A DNA stretch of 61,875 bases, counting the filler, from Sphacelaria rigidula (taxonomy: Eukaryota): NCBI GenBank assembly GCA_964200075.2. It is 11 parts of 11 records of this genome, joined end to end, with 100 filler letters (N's around TTAATTAATTAA, not from the genome) between each part and the next. Parts side by side here need not be neighbours in the genome. Positions count along the whole stretch, not along the records: positions 50,708 to 56,241 come from CAXNAA020026557.1; positions 56,342 to 61,875 come from CAXNAA020026558.1; 9 more parts are not named here. One strand, 5' to 3'. Below, piece by piece: positions 51,751-61,875 of the stretch. A model generated the notes under the pieces. That model saw only the letters and a list, made by a program, of their open reading frames with translations. It had not been told where the DNA came from and ran no database searches. Position numbers and translations under genes: made by a program. Numbering within the stretch: the first letter of the stretch is position 1; each line of letters begins with the position of its first letter.

Positions 51751-52467
51751 ACCGTCTCATTTATCTCACAACTTTGCCCCAACAAGGAGACTCCTGCTCT
51801 GTATTATTTGCATAATAACGTAGACAGTATGTATGTAATGATGCTGTGTAAAGGACGAACTACGATCGGGCACTAAGCTCTAGCGCCCAATTTTCTGAGA
51901 GTTGTGAACCGTTTGACCCCTCAGGGATGTCCACACCTGTACTGTTGTAAATGGGCATTAAATTTCCTGGAGAAATGACACGTTCAGTTCATGTGTCCCC
52001 TCTGGGAAAGCTCAAACCAAGGGTTGATGCTGCCGATGTTGGTACACTTTGCACCGGCGAAACCGTCAACGTGTGAACTGGCCGTCATGCAAAATATTGT
52101 CTTTGTTTTCGGGTTGCCATGTGTGATTTGCAAACCTACGCAACCACTGGGAGGAGAGTTGGACCTGAACCCATAGAGCAATAGAGCGCAACGCCTCCAA
52201 ACAAAACGTCCGCTCAAAGTCCCAAGTCTCAGCCAAAAAGAGAACCAGAACCAAACTGGCCGAAAAATAGAACCCATCTGGGAACTCGGAACAGAAACGT
52301 TGTATGTATGCACTTTTAGGGAGCCGATCTGTTACTTTTTGGTCATGCGCACCGGTGCGCTGAGCTCTGTTCTCTTGCAACATCACCATCATCATCATTT
52401 TGGTCTGCATAACGCGCTTATTTCATCTCACCAGCGAACTAAACCGTCCCGGTGGCATCCAGCAATT

Positions 52468-52671
52468 ATGAGTTTGCCTGCCGCCGACAGCACGCAGAGC
52501 ACTGAGAAGAAGCGACCGTTTAGGTTCTCCATCGACAGAGGAGGCACCTTTACCGACGTCTATGCGGAGGTGCCAGGCAACGAGAAGGGATTTCGCGTGC
52601 TGAAGTTGCTATCAGAAGACCCGGAGAATTACCCGGATGCGCCACGCGAGGGAGTGCGCCGTATTCTTGAG
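52468..52671 (+). CDS. OPLAH: 5-oxoprolinase (ATP-hydrolysing), first coding exon
   Basis: [37 protein letters not shown]...[27 protein letters not shown], the diagnostic eukaryotic oxoprolinase N-terminus. Confidence 0.94.
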
Positions 52672-53289
52672 GTCGGGTCCGTCTATTTTTGTAATTGCAT
52701 GACGAGGTATTGTAAAGGGCTGCAATGACTAGTCATGAGTCATACATGAGTGTTGCAGTTGATTTGTCTAAGTTCAATTTAGTGTTGCAGTTGTTGCGCA
52801 TACACGGTGCACGGTCGGTATGCGCATATAGACGGTACCCGTATTGGACACAGCAGTACTGTCGTTCCTCGCCCATACTAACTTGGATATATTTTGGTAC
52901 ACCGTGAGGGGGAAGGCTCCTTCTTCACCCTGGATAAATTCTTAACCACGAAGGTGTCTCTAAAATTTCTTTGTGCGTCGTCTATTGGTGCGTTGTCTGC
53001 AGCGAAACTTCAAGTATCCAACCATTTAGGGCCCGTGCTATCGAGTCCAAAAATGTGGGAACGCGACGTGACAGTGAAAGTGATTGTGGTGGTTGAGGAT
53101 TTTTTTTTTCATAATTCCGGTTGGTTGTGAGTTGATGCCACATTGCTACCTCCCTCAAAATCACTTTCACGAAAATTGATTTGTTGGGAAATAATTTTCG
53201 TTAGAGCGGATGGACATCTGCATGAGAATGCGAAGAGCAACGTCACATGGTTGTAAGGCGTGGGCTGTTGGGCTATTCATGGGACAGAC

Positions 53290-54543
53290 TTGGCTTTAGT
53301 TCCGTATGAGCGTTTTTTCTTGAAATTAAGCTCCATTTTTTTTCAATGTAACTTTTTTTTTCGTTTATTAAGCACCATTCTAAGCTTTTTCAGCGCAAAC
53401 TAGGCGCGCTTTATGCGCCTTACTCCCGTCCTTGTTGTGGCGTTGTGGGAGTTTTCCCTCACGAGGCGCGCCTTCTAGGATGAGGACAAGACGACAAGTT
53501 GGGCATACGAAGTTTTTGTTGGTCATTTATAATTCTAAAATGAACCTTTTCTTCAGTTATTAAGTTCGGAGACCACAACCTGCACACCTACACCCTAACC
53601 CACGTACAGGAACAACAAATGCCACTACACTTACGATACTCGATACAGCAGTACGGCATTGTAGCCTCTAGACACAGGGCATTGTAGCCTTTGGCCTCTC
53701 GCTCGGCAAGCTACGAGCTACAAGCTACCATCACCCCCGCATCATCTACCATCTGTCGAAATTGAAAACCTTGTCGAACTACCGGTACCGATTGTACTTC
53801 ATCATAACTACGGATTCGATCCGGTCTCCTAACGTCTTCTCCTGCCGGGAGTTCAAGCACCCCTTCAAAATCGAAAACACTCGCTCCGTAGACGTGGACG
53901 ATGGCTGGATAAGTGAAATATCCATCGCCACGAGATACCAACTGGGAAGCCTGTTATTGATGTCACCTCAAAACGACAGCAGACCATACTCCGAGTGCGC
54001 GCCTGAGGCCGCGACCAAAACGTCATCCTTCTCAGGCAGTAGGCCCGCCATGACCTCGTGAGTTACAAACGCTGCTATCGCTCGTTATCACTTCTCTCTG
54101 TTGGTGCTGCTGTTACTACTGCCGTCTGCTGTCTGCTGTACTAAGTACAAGTGTATTATTTATTTAGTATCTCGTCATATTTTTGAAGGCAACATAGTAC
54201 CATGTGTATTAAATATAACCTGGAGCCGTCTGCTCACCAGACCCGCAACAGAATAGGAACACGAAACATGACCATGGAAATTTAAAGTGCTGAGTGTTGG
54301 AGCCTGAAGCCTGAAGCCTGAAGCCTGCCGCCTGTCGGCATGTCTGGTGTTGAGTTACACCACATGGAGCACTTGCGAGTAAAACAATATCGCAACTTTA
54401 TGCGCGGTTATGCGCCTTTTAGGAAATAAAGCTCGTTTCAAGCGTATTAAGCCGATAATAAGCTTTGCGCTAAACAGGCCTATTTAAGCTCAAAACCCCG
54501 AAATTACGCTAAGCTTTGTGCGCGCATACGGAACTAAAGCCTA
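53290..54543 (-). mobile_element. Internally deleted hAT transposon retaining the C-terminal dimerisation-domain remnant
   Basis: TIR T(T/A)GGCTTTAGTTCCGTATG with a perfect 8-bp TSD GGACAGAC (53282-53289 and 54544-54551). The minus frame at about 54058-53779 reads LLSF*GDINNRLPSWYLVAMDISLIQPSSTSTERVFSILKG...IESVVMMKYN. Confidence 0.9.
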
Positions 54544-54589
54544 GGACAGACGGTTGGCTTCCCGTCACTAGCAGTAGCCACACTGGCTT

Positions 54590-55545
54590 CAATCCCATCA
54601 CCAGTAGTAGCCACTCGTGGGGGACACACTCCGCGTGCACAGCTCCCACAGAGAGATGCGCACAGCTATATCTCCCGAAACTTTGCCGAGTAAGTAAGCA
54701 TGGACCCATCGGCGGGTAGTACGTACCAGCGCTGTCCAGCACGGTGGCTATCACTCGCAAGGTGCGTGGGTGTTGTCGCATGGTCGAAACGCGGGCCGTC
54801 AACGATGAAGAGTAGCAGCAGCAGCAGCATCGGCACCGGCTGATTCAGACCCAATCCCAGCCGTACACATTTACTGGCAATAAATATGCTGCTGCTGCTG
54901 CTGCTGCTGCTGCTTCTCGTGCGGGAGGCGGTCCGCGTTTCGACGTGCGACAATACCCATGCACCTGTCGCGTTATTGCCTCCTCCGTACTTGAAATCGA
55001 CTATGATCTGTTTGCGTGTTGTTACCCATATAGCATTTTCAGTACGAGTACATACCACTTGTTTTCCCCTGTATTGGACGCTGGCTTTATTCTCATCACC
55101 AGCAGTAGCCACGCGTGCGAGACACACCCGACGTGCATAGCTCGCACAGGGAGATGCGTACAGCTATATCTCCCAAAACTCTGCCTAGTGGGGAAGCATG
55201 GACCCATCGGCGGGTAGTACGAACCAGCGCTGTCCAGCACGGTGGCTATCACGCGCAAGGTGCGTGGGGGTTGTAGCACGATCGAAACGCGGACCATCTC
55301 TCCCATTGAGGAAGAACGGCAGCAGCAGCAGCAGCAGCAGTATCGGCACCGGCTGATTTAGACCCACCCCCAGTCGCGTACACCTACTGGCAGTCAGATG
55401 CTGCTGATACGGCTGCTGTTGTTGCTTCTTCTCCTTCTCGTGCGGAAGGCGGTCCGCGTTTCGACCTGCGACAATATCCGTACCCCCTTGCGCGTGATTG
55501 CCGCCCTGCTTGAAGTCGCTGGTCTGTTCGCGTGCTGTTACCGTC
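54590..55545. repeat. Tandem duplication, about 498-bp unit with (CAG)n/(CTG)n tracts
   Basis: CAGCTATATCTCCC at 54663 and 55161; CATGGACCCATCGGCGGGTAGTACG at 54699 and 55197. Confidence 0.88.
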
Positions 55546-56592
55546 ACTGTATCACTTGTTTCCTACCATAGATTAGAACGGCGCGTGATTTCTCGTGATG
55601 ATGCAGTTGTGGACCGTCACTTCACTATCACTATCACTATCACGAAATGATTGTCATTTCCTTTGTTCTGTTGAAACATCGCCTTACCGTGTTTCTGTAG
55701 GCCGCTAGGCTCTTACTTAACCCTTTTGTGACTGAAGCTCAGTAACAAGGGGTTCACCATGTATTTGTGAAATGATAATAAACACGTCTGGGAGCGATCT
55801 CCCCAATCATGGCGAGGCGAAAATTATCGACCACATCCGAACGACCAGTGGATGGGGCCTGTCGCCGGGATTGATGTCACTGTAAAGTTGGTGTACCTGT
55901 CACTGGCCCACAAAAAAGCCGTCGAAGCAAAAGGAAGCCCAAGTGGTCAGGGCTCGGATTCCCCATTTTTTTTATCATTTACTTGCATTCTATATAGGTC
56001 CGACCTCCCATGCGCCGATTTTTTTGGGGTCACCATCCCGTGGTCAAACCTTGTTGATAACACCAACACGTAGTGCTCGGGGGAAATTCGGGAAGAAATG
56101 CACCGTACTATATATATGTGGTCATGTTCACAAGGCGGCTGAAAAAGAAGGAAAGAAAAAAAGAAAAAGGCGGCTGAATTTAGCAACGCTGTGGGACGAG
56201 AGACGGAGCTAGAGGCATGCGTTCTGCGTATCCCTCTGTCGNNNNNNNNNNNNNNNNNNNNNNNNNNNNNNNNNNNNNNNNNNNNTTAATTAATTAANNN
56301 NNNNNNNNNNNNNNNNNNNNNNNNNNNNNNNNNNNNNNNNNGTTCCGGCTTTGTAGGGATGCGAAGACAATGGTCATACGACTACGGCATGCATGATCAT
56401 GAGTACACCCTCCCCTGCCGCCTATGATCACTATTATCCAAGTGTCAATAGCCTGATCAGCGCTGTACCTTTTTCAATCGCTGCGAAGTACCGGGGGGAA
56501 AATCACCACAGCCGCTGTCACTCAACGTGTTGGCGCCACCTCTATTCTTGTGGTACATCATGTGACCCCAACCAATCACGTGGACGACTTAC

Positions 56593-58370
56593 TCGCCGGT
56601 CGCCTCCCACCTTCGCCAATTCTGTCAGAATGCTCCGGAGATACAGCTTCTCTGCATCCCGCCGCTCTCTCGCGCTGCACTCGCTGCCATTAACGCGTTC
56701 GAGCTGCGACAGACGTGCAATGCACGCCGCACGCGCCTGAAAAAAATAATAATAATAATAATGTCGAAGTGCATGCAGCGATTGACATTTTTGCAACGAA
56801 CGGACTCGCGATAAACAGAAAGGCAACCGTCGCAGGAAAGGAAGGTGGAGTGCGGAGAAAAACGAAGTTCCTGAGCAATGCTACAGTACGGTAGAGGTTG
56901 CACTTTTTGTTTCTGGGCGGGCCTCTTCTTTGTAGGAGCCCAAATATATGGGGCTTACTGTGCAACCCATGACTCCGGGTACCGGCCTCCCAGAAACATG
57001 GTGTTAGCACGCAGGGGCCTTTTCGTTTATCAGCGTCATTTTCAGTCTTTCTCGAGTAAAAATAATGGCGATTCTCAACATGACCCGTCCAACACACCGT
57101 GCAGCCCCGAGGAACGTTTTCGCTGAAAAAAAGTGCAACCCCCCTACCGTAGCATTGCTCTCCTGTGTTGACCTTCTTCTTGTGAGTGACCCCCGCTAAC
57201 TAACGCGTCCACATATACCGAAATGTGTAGACTGGTGTCCAGAATAGATGGGATGGCAACATCTACATACATACATGCATACACACACGAACACAACACA
57301 CGCACAGACTATATGCATGTATGTATGTATGTATGTACGTGCATGGACCCCCTTCACAAAAGGCCGACGACAGCGCATCGCTATAGCGTGTTTGCGTGTG
57401 TGTGTGTGTGTGTGTGTGTGTGAGTGAGTGTGTATGCCGTGGTGATGGTGGTAGTGGCGATGTCATGGTTTACCCCGCCGGCGACTTTTTCCACAAATGC
57501 AAACACAAAAGTTCACACCCTGGACAATAGATTATATTGTTAAAAAATGTACTGCGTACGGTATGGAATATATTGTCTATTGCTATAGGCGCAATAGTCG
57601 ATACTGTACGCAGTACACTTTTTGACTTGTGCATTCCATTGTCCAGGGTGTGCGAAAGTTGCACACGTCGGACAGATCATGATCCGTCTGAATTACTTAT
57701 CCTCAGTATACTGATCCGGATCATGATCCGGACCATGTGGTCCCCCTTTTTCATGCTTTTTCCTTACGGCACCGGCCGCCGAGCACGCCGAGTAGTGCAA
57801 AGGTTGCGCTTTGGCTTTTCTGATTCCGCGGTCACGTATTTTGTGTTTTTGGACCGATGGGACTCGAGAATCTTCTTCCATTACTTGTTTCAGACAGATC
57901 ATGATTTGTGCGACGTGTGAAAAGTTGCAATCTTTTGAATCTTGCTCGGCGATTAGTAGCGCTGCACTCGTACTGCATGCGTCTCTCGGTCGACTCTTTC
58001 TCAAGTTTGCCAAGCCGGTAGGTACAGCACACCAACAGCCAGAGAGGGAAGGACGTCGCTGGACCGAAATTCCGACAGGAACCGTACGTGTTTTTTCGAA
58101 GCATAATCTGGTTTCCATCGTTTGAATAGCTTGGCGGCGACGCGAGTAGCAAGGGAAAAAACAAAACAAAACGACGCGGTGTGCGTTGATGTTGACAGTC
58201 ATGATCCAGTCCGCGACACCCAAGATATACGGCAAATACAGTGGCGGGGGAGAGATGGGTTGATCCCCTGGAGACTACTACGGAGTCGTCCCGAGGAACG
58301 GAAGGGGTTAAAGAGTGTCGCTCTGTTCGGAAATATAACCAGCATTTAATATGCGGCTCAATAACTCCCG

Positions 58371-58411
<41 letters not shown>

Positions 58412-60988
58412 TTTTTTCAGTTATAATGTTGGAATTCGTTGTTTTTTTATATGGGTNNNNNNNNNNAGGAAAGGGCGAAAGGGGGGGGGGTGGGGGGGGA
58501 GATTTACCCTGAATTTAATATGCGGCTCAATCCCCCCGGCATTTTTTTTTTTTTCACGTTTTTTTGCATCGTTCTCGGGGTTCTCCAGCGAGAATGTCTG
58601 AACCGTTTGTTTCTCGACATGGCACCCAACGTGTGTCCACAACAGCATCCGAAGCAGATGCACTCAGAGCTCGAGAAGTAAAATCTCCGGTAAACTGTCT
58701 TCCAATACACTGTTCACCATGGTCGTTGCTGGAGGCGCTGCTGGGAGGCTGAGCAGAAATAATCTGAACGAAAATCATGAGAGACGTGCTTTGAAACGAC
58801 GAGCTCCTCGAAGGAAGCAAAAGCGGTAAGTTGGCCCATGGCGACATCAAGCGAGTCGCGCAGCAGTTTCGTCGCTCGCGCAGTCAAGTTTCGGCCGTGT
58901 GAAAACGATACAAGGAGCAGGAGAACGCTAGCATCGCCGCTCCAAGCTTGCGCAGTAACCGTGCTGGAAATTCGAGCAGGATCGGAACCGACTTTGCAGC
59001 GGTGCGCGAGAAATTGCGACAGATCCATCTCAAGAACCGCACTACCCAGCGAGCTGTTGCTGCACAGCTGGGGATGGTCCGAACACATCCTCTGCGGGTA
59101 GGGGATGATTACATTGCATCTCCAGGGTTTTGCAATTTTTGCATGAACTGGGATTATTTGTTGTGAAATTATGATAAAAAGCTCCTTCTTTCCGTCACTC
59201 GCTACGCCACAAACCAAGCCACGACGCCCGGTACAGCAGCCATGCACCTGCCATACAGCAGCAGCAGTATCATCTACAGCACTTGACTACCCGCCTTGTC
59301 GACAACCTCGGGAAACATGGCCTGCACGCTTCCCGACGCCATATCAAGCCGCTTTTCACGGAGAGCGGCAATGGGAATGGCCTTGCCTGTCGGCGTCGAG
59401 GCATGAGCTGCGGCTCGGACGGCTTGAGCGCGGAGAGCGATGGTGGTCACAGGAGTGGTGAACCGTTGCGCTTGTAGGGGCGTTGTTTTCATCTTCTGCT
59501 GTCGTTGGCGATAGTCTACAGGTAATCAAGTGCTCTAGATAATACTGCTGCTGCTGTATGGCAGGTGCATCGCTGCTGTACCTGGCGTCGTGGCTGGGTT
59601 TGTGGTGGAGCGAGTGACGGACAGAAGGAGCTTTTGATAATAATTTCACAACAAATAATGGCAGTTTACGCAAAATTTTTAAAACCCCGGGGATGCAATG
59701 TAATCATCCCCTACCCCCAGAGGATGTATTTGGACCATCCCCCAATCACTTTGACATCGTTTTGAGTTTTTTTTCCTCACATAGTACACTCGATCTAGGG
59801 GCAGAATCGCCAAATGTTCGTTATATCTCCGAATAACCAGATGCTCGTTATATCTCCGAGCAGAGTGGTCTGACGTAATAAAAACATGCTATCGGAGGAT
59901 CACCACCTGCAGCCAGGAGGGGGGGGGGGAAGGTACTCATGTGTTGCTTGCCTTGGCTATTTGACCATTGACCACGAATCCTTTTTGAGACGGAGCACCG
60001 TTCCTACTCTTAATAGATAAACCTCTAACATCTGGGCACTCACTACGGGAGGAGGGGGGGAGGGGTGTACTCATGATCATGCATGCCACAGTCATATAAG
60101 ATAATTGACCTCGCATCCCTACAAAGCCTGGACGGAGCACGCCGTCACAATCACTCCTGTACTCGTACAACAGTCGTTGTAACCTCCTGGCTGACATAAT
60201 TTTTCCAAGGGTATATTAGGTAGGGTATTTCCTACATCTGGATATTTCGAAAAACAAAAATCGTACTCTCAAGTGCCCTAAACCTGTGTTGTCAAGCAAG
60301 TATTGAGATCGTACTCAACATTACCCAGAAAATGGGTAGAGTATTGCGCGGTCGTACCTGACTCTAAAACAATATTCGAGTTAAAGTTTGGAGACCGGAC
60401 CATCGCAACACGAAATTCGGGAGAGTAAATACCCGGGTACTCACCCTACTCAAGACGCCCTTGGAATTTTCTCACCACCTCAAAATTACACCGCTCAACT
60501 GTCATCCTAGGCTCAAACTAGCTGCTCACAGTAATTTTCCCAACCCATAGTCGTACCTCGGATGCGCCGAGACCTGAAGTCACAGGGTTGCCGCTGAACC
60601 TAAGCGATCGCAAGGCCGGTAAGCCGCTGAGTCTGTCCACCGCGCTCCACTCCTCTATCCTGTTACCGCTCAAGGAGATCGCTGTCAGCGACTCAAACGG
60701 CAACTTAACGACCCCGGGGTCCTTACCCTGCTCCCCTTCCCCTTCCCCGCCTCCCCCGCCTGCCCCGTCTTTGGCGTCGCTAGCAACGGGCACAGCAGCA
60801 TCGACGGGTACACCTGCACCAGTACCTACGCCAGGGCTGCCGGATGCAGTCGAGGCTGCGCTCGACTGTGATGCAGCCACTCCGCAGCTGGATGCGCTAG
60901 CCGACGCTTGCATGTCGGAGACGTCGGCCAGCCGGTTGTGGTTGAGAAGGAGCATGGACAGGACCGGCAGGCTTGAAAAGCACATGAC
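56593..60988 (-). CDS. TBCE: Tubulin-folding cofactor E (LRR region), two exons
   Basis: Exon 60557-60988 (LSMLLLNHNRL...FESLTAISLSGNRIEEWSAVDRLSGLPALRSLRFSGNPV) splices in phase to exon 56593-56736 (ARAACIARLSQLERVNGSECSARERRDAEKLYL), the TBCE LRR-cap signature. Confidence 0.88.
56873..57159. mobile_element. Sola-like MITE (GAG termini, 4-bp TSD) in TBCE intron
   Basis: TIR GAGCAATGCTAC...GGTAG..GGTTGCACTTTTT with TSD TCCT (56869-56872 and 57160-57163). Confidence 0.8.
58760..59069 (+). pseudogene. Tc1/mariner (plant/oomycete DD39D-like) transposase N-terminal DNA-binding remnant
   Basis: The frame reads DELLEGSKSGKLAHGDIKRVAQQFRRSRSQVSAV*KRYK...RAGNSSR...LRQIHLKNRTTQRAVAAQL, matching the two-HTH N-terminus pattern of such transposases. 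It contains stops. Confidence 0.7.
59070..59742. mobile_element. Long-TIR (about 200 bp) foldback element inserted in the mariner remnant
   Basis: GGGGATGGTCC.AA.ACATCCTCTG...TGCACCTGCCATACAGCAGCAGCAGTAT is inverted at 59540-59742. No clear TSD. Confidence 0.85.
60206..60463. mobile_element. Degenerate hAT-type MITE
   Basis: CAAGGG...TAGGGT and ACCCTA...CCCTTG ends with near-TSD AATTTTTC/GAATTTTC and GAGTA/TACTC motifs like 24700-25071. Confidence 0.6.
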
Positions 60989-61680
60989 CTGGCAGCACGT
61001 AAAAACCGGTGACAAAAAATTATCAACGGTAGGACGGACAATAAGGCATTTTGTCTTTGAAAAATAATATTTCTACTTGCTTGTTCTAGTGTAATGGATT
61101 CGTAACAAACCTCACGAAATTATTATTATTGCGCTTTTGCTTTTTCGGCGTTGCACCCCTGGTACGCGCACCCGAGGAGGGCCCTTGAACTAGCGCATAT
61201 AAATTGTTGCATGGAGACCTTTTCTAAACCCGCCATCAACTTTTTTTCCATCTCTTTCGAGCAATCAGACACCGAAAAATGTATAGTAAATTCGGTGACT
61301 CCAAGCAGCGATGATTTGCTCGACCCCTCACAAGAAATCACAACTAACACTTGTAGGCAAGACAGCTCTGAGGACCGGAAAACAATGATGCCAACCAGGT
61401 GGAAAATACGCGTCCGCACCCTATGCCCACACACGTACATATGACTGCTTCATTGCCGTCAGACTTTTCAACCTGAACCGCCAATGTTACGCCCCGACTC
61501 CCTCCTCTCCCCATTGACGCGACAGCCGATAAACTGGTGCAGTATCGGCCCGAGTTGTTGGATTGAGGATGTCATCACAGAATCAGGGTTAGGTCGAGAG
61601 GCCCCATATCGGGAAATGACGGCACCCCCTCTCCCCCTCTCCCCCTCATGGTGAGACACCCATGAGGCAGTGCAAAAGCC

Positions 61681-61875
61681 GTGGCTGTCTCTGGAAGTGG
61701 CGATACCAGAAAATAAAGCAGCTCATTGTCGGTTGTCATTCAAATGCAAGATGATCAGTAGGTTTCGGGCCGAACAATCATAGCAGGATGAAGCTCACCC
61801 TTCATGCGACTCGCCGAGCACATCACGGCGCTTCGCGCTTGGTGACTGAGTATGAGCCTGGTCCGGCGAAAACCC
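61681..61875 (+). repeat. Dispersed repeat family A, 5' part at contig end
   Basis: Aligns with 3026-3215 and 20718-20908. Confidence 0.88.

Noticed and set aside
5536..56341. Regularly spaced TTAATTAATTAA as a CRISPR-like or periodic biological repeat
   Set aside because: It is an assembly linker embedded in N runs.

Overview
This is eukaryotic, intron-rich, repeat-rich nuclear DNA. It is most likely from a brown alga or other stramenopile, which I infer from GC-rich short exons, long (GT)n-bearing introns and TTAGGG-like motifs; I did not verify this. The window is not one locus. It is 11 unrelated, size-sorted contigs (one of 5535 bp and ten of exactly 5534 bp) joined by identical 100-bp N44-TTAATTAATTAA-N44 spacers, so adjacency across spacers carries no biological meaning. 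Host gene fragments read exon by exon are a kinesin P-loop exon, five exons of a kinesin-14 (C-terminal motor) gene, the first exon of a secreted protein, two 3' exons of a KP-43/TagC-type subtilisin, five exons of a SIRT4-class sirtuin, the first exon of 5-oxoprolinase and two exons of tubulin-folding cofactor E. Mobile DNA includes a Ty3/gypsy integrase pseudogene, several hAT MITEs with perfect 8-bp TSDs, an internally deleted hAT, a mariner N-terminal remnant, Sola-like and GAC-terminal MITEs with 4-bp TSDs, and high-copy dispersed repeats. The most striking item is a decayed, intron-containing KDZ (Kyakuja/Zisupton-like) transposase that carries a WRN-type DEDDy 3'-5' exonuclease domain in the same reading path (about 41.1-44.9 kb, minus strand).
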